A DNA stretch of 32,000 nt from assembly GCA_001766815.1 (NCBI GenBank), contig LYOS01000001.1, forward strand, positions 150,001 to 182,000, read 5' to 3'. The position numbers and the translations under genes are program-made. This document shows, one piece after another, positions 1 through 7,593 of the stretch. Below the pieces are notes generated by a model. The model saw only the letters and a program-made list of their open reading frames with translations, was not told where the DNA came from and ran no database searches. Within the stretch, counting starts at the first letter, position 1. Each line of letters begins with the position of its first letter. The DNA comes from Candidatus Syntropharchaeum caldarium (GTDB lineage Archaea > Halobacteriota > Syntropharchaeia > Syntropharchaeales > Syntropharchaeaceae).

Positions 1-1127
1 TCGTTGAAGCGGATTCGGATGATGAGATTGCTGAAACCGACGAGCTTAACAATACGTTGAGTGCGACCGTGGACGTGGTTGAAGCAGCAGGACCAAGTGT
101 TACGGTTGATAGCCGTGATGTATCCCCTGGTGAGACGTTCACGATCAGTATAACCGTCGATCCGCAGGGTGAGGAGATTTACGGAGCACAGTATGACCTT
201 TACTTTGATCCAGCAATCTTGCAGGTTGTGAGCCAGACCGCGGGCGACTTCCTGACACAGGACGGTGCAAGCTCAATCGAAGTCGTGAACACGATCAACA
301 ACACCCTTGGAAAGCTTGAGTACGGTGAGACACGGATGGGAGTGGAGAATGGCGTGACTCGGGCAGGCGTTCTCGCCACGATCGAATTCGAGGCTGTTGG
401 AACCGGGTCAACCGGTCTCACGCTATCAAACGTGCTCTTAAGCGATCCAAGTGCACATGAGATTGGAGGAGTCGTGCTGAACGATGGAGCGGTCAACGTA
501 GCAGGGACGCCACCGCCGCCACCACCAGGTGGTGCGATCGTAACGATCCCTGACGTTGGAGCAACAGGAACGCTCACAGTCCCGATCAGAATCGAGAACG
601 TGACAGACGCAGGCGCAATCCATCTGACACTCACCTATGACCCTCGTGTTGTCATCGTATCAACTGCGTGCTGCAACTCAGACTTTGACACACTCTTTGC
701 AAACATCGAGGATGCAGCAAGAGGATCTATTACCATCATCGCATACCAGACCCAAAACCCAGGTCTGAACGGCAATGTGCTCGTTGCAGACGTGACTTTC
801 ATGGCACTCGGCCCCATCGGATCATCGAGCACCCTTAACCTAGAGGTCACAACACTCACCGACGCAACACCAGAGTGCAACCCGATCCCCTACTCAGTCA
901 GCAATGGAAGCTTCACGGTATTCTTAAACGGCGACGTGAACGGTGATGGCAGGGTCGATGCTGCAGACTGCATGTACCTTGCAAAACACCTGCTCGGGGT
1001 CTCAGGTTTTGAGACGATCGTTGAGGTTGCAGCAGATGTCAATGGTAACGGCGAGATCGAGGCATCAGACTGCATGTACCTTGCAAAGCATCTTGCAGGG
1101 ATTGACGGATTTGAGGAGTTGAAGTAG
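1..1127 (+). CDS. Surface protein, C-terminal part (5' end lies outside the window): CARDB end, cohesin, Pro linker, cohesin, dockerin
   Basis: The reading frame is open from nt 3 (VEADSDDEIAETDELNNTL, the end of a CARDB module), so the TTG at 57 in the ORF track is not the real start. Two cohesin-like modules are present (GETFTISITVDPQGEEIYGAQYDLYFDPAILQV...; TLTVPIRIENVTDAGAIHLTLTYDPRVV...), separated by PPPPPPGG. The C-terminus has two Ca-binding dockerin repeats, DVNGDGRVDAADCMYLAKHL and DVNGNGEIEASDCMYLAKHL. Stop TAG at 1125-1127. Confidence 0.85.
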   Translation, partial: VEADSDDEIAETDELNNTLSATVDVVEAAGPSVTVDSRDVSPGETFTISITVDPQGEEIYGAQYDLYFDPAILQVVSQTAGDFLTQDGASSIEVVNTINNTLGKLEYGETRMGVENGVTRAGVLATIEFEAVGTGSTGLTLSNVLLSDPSAHEIGGVVLNDGAVNVAGTPPPPPPGGAIVTIPDVGATGTLTVPIRIENVTDAGAIHLTLTYDPRVVIVSTACCNSDFDTLFANIEDAARGSITIIAYQTQNPGLNGNVLVADVTFMALGPIGSSSTLNLEVTTLTDATPECNPIPYSVSNGSFTVFLNGDVNGDGRVDAADCMYLAKHLLGVSGFETIVEVAADVNGNGEIEASDCMYLAKHLAGIDGFEELK

Positions 1128-1135
1128 AATAAGAA

Positions 1136-4100
1136 ATGGTGAAATGTGTGAGGCGATTGATAGCGGTATTTTTAATCTCGTTATTTATATTCCCGTTGGT
1201 ATCTGCAGATCTCAGAAAGGATCTCACAGATAACCTCCCTCTAAGTGTAAGATCTCCTTCTGGTACTGAGACCCTGATCTGCGGTTACCTGTTTGAGAGG
1301 GGATCTACAGGCAGTGTAAGGATCACAAACCTCAACACCAGTTTAAGCTGGGATGCAAGGCTACTTGAGTCAGAGCCAGACTTCTACTACCTCTATCTCG
1401 ATGAAATTGAGCTTAAAGCAGGAGATATGCTCAGGCTCAACGCAACCTCAGGTGATGAATCGGTCGTATTAATTCATACCGTAAACCAGAGTGAGATCGA
1501 TGAGCATCTGGTGTGGCTTGATATCATCGAGGATCTTGCGATAACAGAGATCACAATACCAAACAGAATTACAAAAGATATCAACACCACTATCCACGCC
1601 GTAATTGAGAATATTGGACTGATACCAGTCGTTGTACCCTTCAATATTACATTCAGCGTTGATGGAGAACTCATAACTACTACCTCTTTTACAGAAGTTC
1701 CTTTAAACGCCAGTGAGAACTTTACCGTAGAATTTTATTGGACTCCTCTGGAATCCGGGATACACAACATCACAATCACTGTGGATCCGAATCATGAAAT
1801 TATATCAGAGACGAATGAATCGAATAATCGAATGAAGAAAAGCGTGTCTGTTGCTGAACTACCTTCGTTTTATGTGCCACTGGACTTTCCCACGATTCAA
1901 GATGCGGTGGATAATGTAACAATTAACGGAACCACGATTTATGTCGCAAGCGGCACGTATAACGAGAATATAATGATTCAAAAGCAGATCACACTTCTGG
2001 GAGCGGATATGAATGATACAATCATAGACGGAGGTGGGAACGATACATTAAGGCTTTTTGCGAATAATTGTGTCATCAGAGGTTTTTCGATAATTAATGG
2101 GAGCACAGGTATAAAGATCGAATCCAATGGCAATAAAATCTTTGAAAATTGGATTTATAACAACTCCTGCGGCGTAAATATCACCGGATTAAATAATACC
2201 GTTTATCATAATAATCTGAATAATGTTCAGAACGGATTTGATACCGGTAATAGTTCGTGGGACGATGGAAGGGAAGGAAACTACTGGAGCGATTGTACCG
2301 GCGATGATTTCGATCTCAATGGGATTGTAGACACGCCTTATGAATGCGGGTGGGTAACGGATCGATATCCTTTAGTTTCTCCATATGTACTGCACAGAGA
2401 CCCGGCAATCGCGTATCTCACTGTCCCCACATCTATTTATGTGAATGAAACGAATACTATCTTTGTGGGCATTGCCAATTACGGCACTTCAGAAGTGGCA
2501 AGCAATCTCTCACTCAAACTCGGTGGCACTATTCTGAACATGACGATTTCTCTACCATATAAGAGCATAAACGCTGTTTATTTCTGCGTGACTCCGAACC
2601 AGATGGGGACAATAAACCTAACAGCGGAGATAGAGGCATGCAATGAAGATTCAAATAGAGCAAACAACCGGATGAGCGTGAATGTTACGGTAATTCCTTC
2701 GCCTTTTAAGCGCCTTTACAATTTTGATAACGAAACAACTATGGCGGAATATTATAAATATCAACTTCCTGAAAGCAGAACGAATGCTCTGGATTACTTA
2801 GCAATGCAGCAGAATTCTGACGGCGGCATCGGTCAGGGTGGCTATTCGACAGATCTGGCTATTATAGCGGTATCATCTGCTGGAGAGAATCCGCAGGAGT
2901 TTGCGAGACTGAATTCGTCGCTTACAGATTATTTAAAAGCGCATCCGCCTCAGCATGACCTGACTTTAATATCTCGCTATGTGCTTGCGATTATCGCTTC
3001 TGGTGAGAATCCGCGTGATTTTGGTGGTAAAAACTATCTTGCGATGATTCAATCATTCTTCGATGGAGAACAGTTTGGAATTGAGAAGAATATCGTGGAT
3101 GATGCGTGGGCTGTGCTTGCACTTACCGGAGCAGGATATGGCAATGACACAGAAATTATGCGAACTGAAAGGAATTATATTCTCAGGTGTCAGAATGAGA
3201 GTGATGGCGGATGGCCGTATTTTGAGAATGGAACGAGCTCAATCGATGTAACTGCGATAGCATTAGAAGCTCTGGTTGCTTCTGGTATAGCTGTGGATAA
3301 TAGTTCGATACAGAATGGCACGAAATATTTGGAAAAAAATCTTGTGAAGAATCAATGGGAAGAGGGGATGGGGCAGACAGACCCACTGCCAGAATCCAAT
3401 CTGAAAAATTATGCTCATTCAGTCCAGGCAATCGTTGCTGTTGGAGGGAATCCGATAGATGGAAGCTGGGATTATTCGCAGAGTGCAGCTACATACTACG
3501 GGATTGAAAACCCATACAACCCGCTACTTCTGCTCTTGGGACTCGAAGAGAAGTCGGGCGATTTTGAAGGTGGATTCGCGTTCACATTTAAAGATTCTTA
3601 TCCCGAACCTAAATGGACATCAATGGCACTCCCCTCGCTGTTCGCAAAGCCATATCCTTCGATGTGCACGTATAGCCGGGTGCTATCAGACATAAAGCCC
3701 ATTCATATAGGGACACGGGCTTGCTACACCAATGTTACAAATATTATCAATGCAACAATCAAGAACAACGGCGGGATATTCAACGTGAGTCTTCTTGTGG
3801 ATGGTGCCGAGGTTGACCGCGCGAGAATTGTGGAGACGAATTCAACTGCATTATCGCGGGTGGAATTCAGATGGCTGCCAGAGAAAGAAGGGGAATATAA
3901 CCTCACCGTTGTGGCAGATTCTGAGAATTCAATAGAAGAGAATAATGAGAGCAATAACTGCATCGGCCGCGTGGTCACTGTGACGAAGCCAGACCTGCAC
4001 CCCAGGACAGAACTGCCAGCATTCTATGTCAATGTGACAAACAGAATAGAAACAGAAGTTTTAGGATACGGCGAGGGATTCAACGTATCGCTTCTTATAA

Positions 4101-7036
4101 ATGGAAGCGTTGTAGATAAAGCCGAGAATATCAGCTCTTATGGCTTTAATAAAACAACGTTATACTGGAAGCCAAACCAAACGGGTAACTACACTCTTAG
4201 ACTCATCGCTGATTCGGAAAACGATGTATTTGAATCCGATGAGAAGAATAACACCATAGAAGAGAATGTCAGTGTAATACTGCCCGACCTATATCCTCAG
4301 AATATAAGCACTATGATACTGTACACCGATACCGAGAACATCATAGATGTCAGCATCAACGGCTCAGCAGAAGGATTTAACGCGACTTTATTTGCAAACG
4401 GAACGATTGCAGATAAAATCGAGAACATTTCATCTTATAACGTGGCGAATATCAGTTTTTCGTGGAACCCCCTGCTGGCAGGTGTTTACAACCTCACAGT
4501 GATGGTAGATGCTGATGATGAGATAGAAGAGACGAACGAAACGAACAACAATCTGAGTCGTATTGTAACCGTAGAGAATCGAGAAGCGCCATACATAAAA
4601 CTACTCGCTCCGATAGGTGGTGAATGCTGGAGCGGTGTGCAGACGATAAAGTGGAGTGCAACCGACCCGAACGGCGATGAACTAATAATAAACATCAGCT
4701 ACAGCCCGGATGCAGGAATAATGTGGCATCCAATTGCAAGCAATCTTGAGAACACAGGCTATTATAATTGGAGCACCGAGTACATGCTGGATGGATATGA
4801 TTATAAGGTAAAAGTAGAAGCATTTGATGGGAATTCTACCTCAGTGGATATCTCAAAAGATGTATTCACAATCTACAACAGGAGATCGTATGAGGGGGCA
4901 CCAAGCTTCCATTATAATGCGGGTTTCTCACTCTCGGAAGCGCCGAATACGAATAAAACTGCGTGGATAACCGAAGATATTGGTGCATGCCCTTCCACTT
5001 CTCTTATTGTTGCCGATGGTAAGGTCTTTGTCTACTGCTATGACAGTGTGAAGGCACTGGACGAATTAAATGGCAGCACAGACCTAAATGGCAGCACAAA
5101 ACCCATCTGGAGCACATCCATAGATAAGGCTGTTTATGGCTCGTGGGCGACTGCGGCATACTACGACGGATCGGTATTCATAGCTTCAGGAAATCATGTT
5201 TACCGAATTAGTGCTAAAGATGGAAAGATAGAATGGAGGTTCCAATTCCCTGATGGGGGGTGCAGTGTGAATAGTGGTCCGTGTGTTGCATACGGAAATG
5301 TATATGTGGGTTCATGGAACGGGGGGCACTATTACTGCTTGAATGACTCAACTGGAGAAATAAAATGGCAATTTCCTCCAAAAGGTGAAAAGAAACTGGA
5401 TCACGCACAATCAACACCAGCAGCACATAACGGAATGGTCTTCTTCGGTGATTTTACAGGCGGACCGAAATCAAAGGTTTTTGCCGTTGATGGACTTACA
5501 GGTGAAGAGATATGGAATCAAACAGTTTCGTGGAGTGTCTGCGGCTCCGTTACGATTGCGCACAATAAGGTATACCTCATGACATATAATTTCTATGGTT
5601 CAGGAGAGTTTTATGCACTCAATGAAAATAACGGAAGCATTGTCTGGCAACATACGATTGCAAGGTCCGATTCTACACCGGCGCATGCGTATGGAAACAT
5701 CTATGTCTGTGGTGGATGCCCAGGTTATGAGCGGTGTAGAACATACTGTCTGAATGATGCAGACGGAGGAAACGAGACCTGGAATGTGCCTGATTGGGGG
5801 ATATGGACATATTCACCGATGGTTGCAGATAAGAAAGTATTTATTGGTAAAGCAGAGGGACCGGGGATGGACAGTATGCTCCCAGCAGGGATGTCTGCTC
5901 GTAATGCCTTTACCGGAGAAGAGATATGGCGTTCAGATCTCGGCGGTGGTTCACCCGCGATTGTGCATGGGAGGGTATATACCGTGGGGGGTGTTAATGC
6001 AACGGGCAGAGTTATCTGTTTCGGCTCTACAAACCAACCAGACCTCGAACTGAGTAATCTCACTACGGTTCCAAAGTCAGATATCTATGTCGGTCAAAAT
6101 GTTTCAATCAATGTGACACTCAGAAATATTGGCTCTGGTAACGCTTCTGCATTTAACGTTTCTTTACGAGTTAATGGTGAGATAGAAGCGGAAAAAAGAA
6201 TTGATGATGGACTTAATGTAAACGTTAGCATGCCTGTGAATTTCTCGTGGACTCCAGTAGAAGCTGGGGAGTATCTTATCATCGTTGAAGCGGATTCGGA
6301 TCACGAAATTACCGAGCAGGTTTCAATGCCAGACAATAATAAGGTTAGTAGACCATTAACGGTAAAAGAGTGGCTGGACTTGGCAGTGGAGGATATTGAT
6401 TATTATCCAACGGAGGTTCACGTTGGGGATATTGTGAATATAACACCCTCTATTACGGCGGTAAACCTCGAAGGGGAAAGTGTTGGGGTTGAGTTTAAAG
6501 TTGATGATGAAAGTAAAGAGACAAAGAGAGGCGTAGTTAACGGAGAGCAGATAACTGTAAACTTCACATGGAATGCTTCGAGTCCTGGCGGGTATAACCT
6601 GACGATAGTCGCCGATCCGGGTGGTGGGATAGATGAAGTTAACGAGACGAATAACGAGACGACAATAGTGGTGGAAGTGATGCCAACGCCAACACCAACA
6701 TCCACTCCAACTCCCGGCTTACCCCACGGTTATGGCGGTGGTGGAGGTGGTGGCTCCGGGATATTTGACTGGGGCGAGTTCTTCGGATCGGGTACAGGCA
6801 GTGAGGGCAATGAAACAGGTGAATTTACGATCCCGATAAATGAGACAGAATCTGTGATTGAAGAAGATTCATCGCGTGTGAATGGCTATCCAATGGGTGA
6901 GGAGACCGGAGGAAGTGCGGGCGGTGGAGGAAAGATCTCTTATATCTGGATCCTCATCGTAACCCTGACGCTTGCCCTTGTGATCTATGGTTACTGGCGA
7001 GAGTCGAGGTTTATCGGTAGGAGGAGGAGAAGATGA
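1136..7036 (+). CDS. Giant (1966 aa) secreted, C-terminally membrane-anchored mosaic surface protein
   Basis: One uninterrupted ORF with an N-terminal signal peptide (MVKCVRRLIAVFLISLFIFPLVSA|DL). CARDB-like modules lie at nt ~1531-1857, ~2400-2700, 3695-4577 (x3) and ~6039-6680 (x2), most ending in a D..N.I.E.NE.NN-type motif. A NosD/PbH1-type right-handed beta-helix spans ~1866-2380 (IYVASGTYNENI, GFSIINGSTGIKIESNGNKIFENWIYNNSCGVNITG). Alpha/alpha-toroid prenyltransferase/terpene-cyclase-like repeats span ~2783-3480 (QQNSDGGIGQGG, CQNESDGGWPY). An Ig-like module spans ~4580-4880. PQQ/BamB-like propeller blades span ~4990-6030 (G.V[YF]......A.D..tGe..W repeated). The PT linker, Gly run, TM helix ISYIWILIVTLTLALVIYGYW and RRRRR tail occupy 6682-7033. 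Confidence 0.9.
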   Translation: MVKCVRRLIAVFLISLFIFPLVSADLRKDLTDNLPLSVRSPSGTETLICGYLFERGSTGSVRITNLNTSLSWDARLLESEPDFYYLYLDEIELKAGDMLRLNATSGDESVVLIHTVNQSEIDEHLVWLDIIEDLAITEITIPNRITKDINTTIHAVIENIGLIPVVVPFNITFSVDGELITTTSFTEVPLNASENFTVEFYWTPLESGIHNITITVDPNHEIISETNESNNRMKKSVSVAELPSFYVPLDFPTIQDAVDNVTINGTTIYVASGTYNENIMIQKQITLLGADMNDTIIDGGGNDTLRLFANNCVIRGFSIINGSTGIKIESNGNKIFENWIYNNSCGVNITGLNNTVYHNNLNNVQNGFDTGNSSWDDGREGNYWSDCTGDDFDLNGIVDTPYECGWVTDRYPLVSPYVLHRDPAIAYLTVPTSIYVNETNTIFVGIANYGTSEVASNLSLKLGGTILNMTISLPYKSINAVYFCVTPNQMGTINLTAEIEACNEDSNRANNRMSVNVTVIPSPFKRLYNFDNETTMAEYYKYQLPESRTNALDYLAMQQNSDGGIGQGGYSTDLAIIAVSSAGENPQEFARLNSSLTDYLKAHPPQHDLTLISRYVLAIIASGENPRDFGGKNYLAMIQSFFDGEQFGIEKNIVDDAWAVLALTGAGYGNDTEIMRTERNYILRCQNESDGGWPYFENGTSSIDVTAIALEALVASGIAVDNSSIQNGTKYLEKNLVKNQWEEGMGQTDPLPESNLKNYAHSVQAIVAVGGNPIDGSWDYSQSAATYYGIENPYNPLLLLLGLEEKSGDFEGGFAFTFKDSYPEPKWTSMALPSLFAKPYPSMCTYSRVLSDIKPIHIGTRACYTNVTNIINATIKNNGGIFNVSLLVDGAEVDRARIVETNSTALSRVEFRWLPEKEGEYNLTVVADSENSIEENNESNNCIGRVVTVTKPDLHPRTELPAFYVNVTNRIETEVLGYGEGFNVSLLINGSVVDKAENISSYGFNKTTLYWKPNQTGNYTLRLIADSENDVFESDEKNNTIEENVSVILPDLYPQNISTMILYTDTENIIDVSINGSAEGFNATLFANGTIADKIENISSYNVANISFSWNPLLAGVYNLTVMVDADDEIEETNETNNNLSRIVTVENREAPYIKLLAPIGGECWSGVQTIKWSATDPNGDELIINISYSPDAGIMWHPIASNLENTGYYNWSTEYMLDGYDYKVKVEAFDGNSTSVDISKDVFTIYNRRSYEGAPSFHYNAGFSLSEAPNTNKTAWITEDIGACPSTSLIVADGKVFVYCYDSVKALDELNGSTDLNGSTKPIWSTSIDKAVYGSWATAAYYDGSVFIASGNHVYRISAKDGKIEWRFQFPDGGCSVNSGPCVAYGNVYVGSWNGGHYYCLNDSTGEIKWQFPPKGEKKLDHAQSTPAAHNGMVFFGDFTGGPKSKVFAVDGLTGEEIWNQTVSWSVCGSVTIAHNKVYLMTYNFYGSGEFYALNENNGSIVWQHTIARSDSTPAHAYGNIYVCGGCPGYERCRTYCLNDADGGNETWNVPDWGIWTYSPMVADKKVFIGKAEGPGMDSMLPAGMSARNAFTGEEIWRSDLGGGSPAIVHGRVYTVGGVNATGRVICFGSTNQPDLELSNLTTVPKSDIYVGQNVSINVTLRNIGSGNASAFNVSLRVNGEIEAEKRIDDGLNVNVSMPVNFSWTPVEAGEYLIIVEADSDHEITEQVSMPDNNKVSRPLTVKEWLDLAVEDIDYYPTEVHVGDIVNITPSITAVNLEGESVGVEFKVDDESKETKRGVVNGEQITVNFTWNASSPGGYNLTIVADPGGGIDEVNETNNETTIVVEVMPTPTPTSTPTPGLPHGYGGGGGGGSGIFDWGEFFGSGTGSEGNETGEFTIPINETESVIEEDSSRVNGYPMGEETGGSAGGGGKISYIWILIVTLTLALVIYGYWRESRFIGRRRRR
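3695..4577 (+). repeat. Three tandem CARDB-coding modules, period 294 nt (98 aa), inside the giant gene
   Basis: Module boundaries PDLHP (nt 3989) and PDLYP (nt 4283) are exactly 294 nt apart. The modules align at protein level, for example GFNVSLLINGSVVDKAENISSY versus GFNATLFANGTIADKIENISSY. They are diverged and are not recent DNA copies. Confidence 0.8.
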
Positions 7037-7071
7037 TGAGTATCGACAGGGAAGAGAACACCTGTAGCTCA

Positions 7072-7263
7072 TCAGTAAGCCTCGTCGTGATGAACGAGCC
7101 TGTCGAAGATGAGAACCCTGAGATTCTTGAAACGATGGATCATCTCCTCGTCACAGGCAGAAATCTGGTTTATCTTCATTTGAACTCTTCTAAAAAATGC
7201 CATGTCTTTCTTTTTGATCTTTATCATCGTTCGTTTGAGTTCGTCGGAGATGCAGATCTTCAT
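7072..7263 (-). CDS. Small hypothetical protein (63 aa), N-terminus paralogous to the upstream RHH-like gene
   Basis: Its ATG overlaps the stop of the upstream gene in an ATGA arrangement (7260-7263). The N-terminus KICISDELKRTMIKI parallels KVVIPDKLKERMSRI of the neighbour. No family was recognised. Confidence 0.4.
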   Translation of the reverse strand: MKICISDELKRTMIKIKKKDMAFFRRVQMKINQISACDEEMIHRFKNLRVLIFDRLVHHDEAY

Positions 7264-7568
7264 AATTCATTGCACCATTTATCGAACTCTTCCAGGCTCA
7301 TGGGCTTTCTCTTACCGGATTCAAGTTCTTTCAATACCTCCTCTGTAGATCTAACGACTTCCTTAGCCAGAGAATCTTTGACCTCCTTCTCATCATCCGG
7401 TATTTCAGATATTTCAGCAATTTTCCTTCCCATCTCAAGTTCTTCTATATCATGTAATCTTTCAGAGATAGCTTTTAATGCTACTGCTGGCCAATCAACC
7501 CAATCTATTCTGGACATTCGCTCCTTCAGCTTGTCAGGTATCACAACCTTTATCTTTGCCATTCCCAT
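7260..7568 (-). CDS. Small charged protein (102 aa), putative ribbon-helix-helix DNA-binding or antitoxin-like protein
   Basis: The N-terminus has a beta-strand then helices pattern (KIKVVIPDKLKERMSRI..PAVALKAISERL), followed by an acidic coiled region. A TATA-like box lies ~26 nt upstream (7594-7603), which fits a leaderless mRNA. The antisense 208-aa ORF is Ser-rich low complexity and was rejected. Confidence 0.6.
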   Translation of the reverse strand: MGMAKIKVVIPDKLKERMSRIDWVDWPAVALKAISERLHDIEELEMGRKIAEISEIPDDEKEVKDSLAKEVVRSTEEVLKELESGKRKPMSLEEFDKWCNEL

Positions 7569-7593
7569 CGCCTATGGCTATATCGGTCATTCG

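Noticed and set aside
6282-6301. The 20-nt repeat (also at nt 1-20) as a template/variable repeat pair of a diversity-generating retroelement.
   Set aside because: The identity is only 20 nt. There is no adenine-specific mismatch pattern and no reverse transcriptase in the window. It is explained by a conserved CARDB motif in paralogous modules.
6869-7036. PGF-CTERM/archaeosortase signal at the giant protein C-terminus.
   Set aside because: No PGF, PEF, PIP or VPXXXP motif precedes the TM helix. Only the generic TM plus basic-tail layout is present. I kept it as a low-key finding and did not call it a sorting signal.
1136-7036. The giant protein as a multihaem extracellular electron-transfer conduit, as seen in ANME/Methanoperedens loci.
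   Set aside because: I found no CxxCH haem-binding motifs in the translation. The few Cys residues are scattered.
7072-7568. A classical type II toxin-antitoxin module.
   Set aside because: The operon layout fits, but both products look like paralogous RHH-type N-termini. Neither resembles a toxin fold I know, and the second is only 63 aa.
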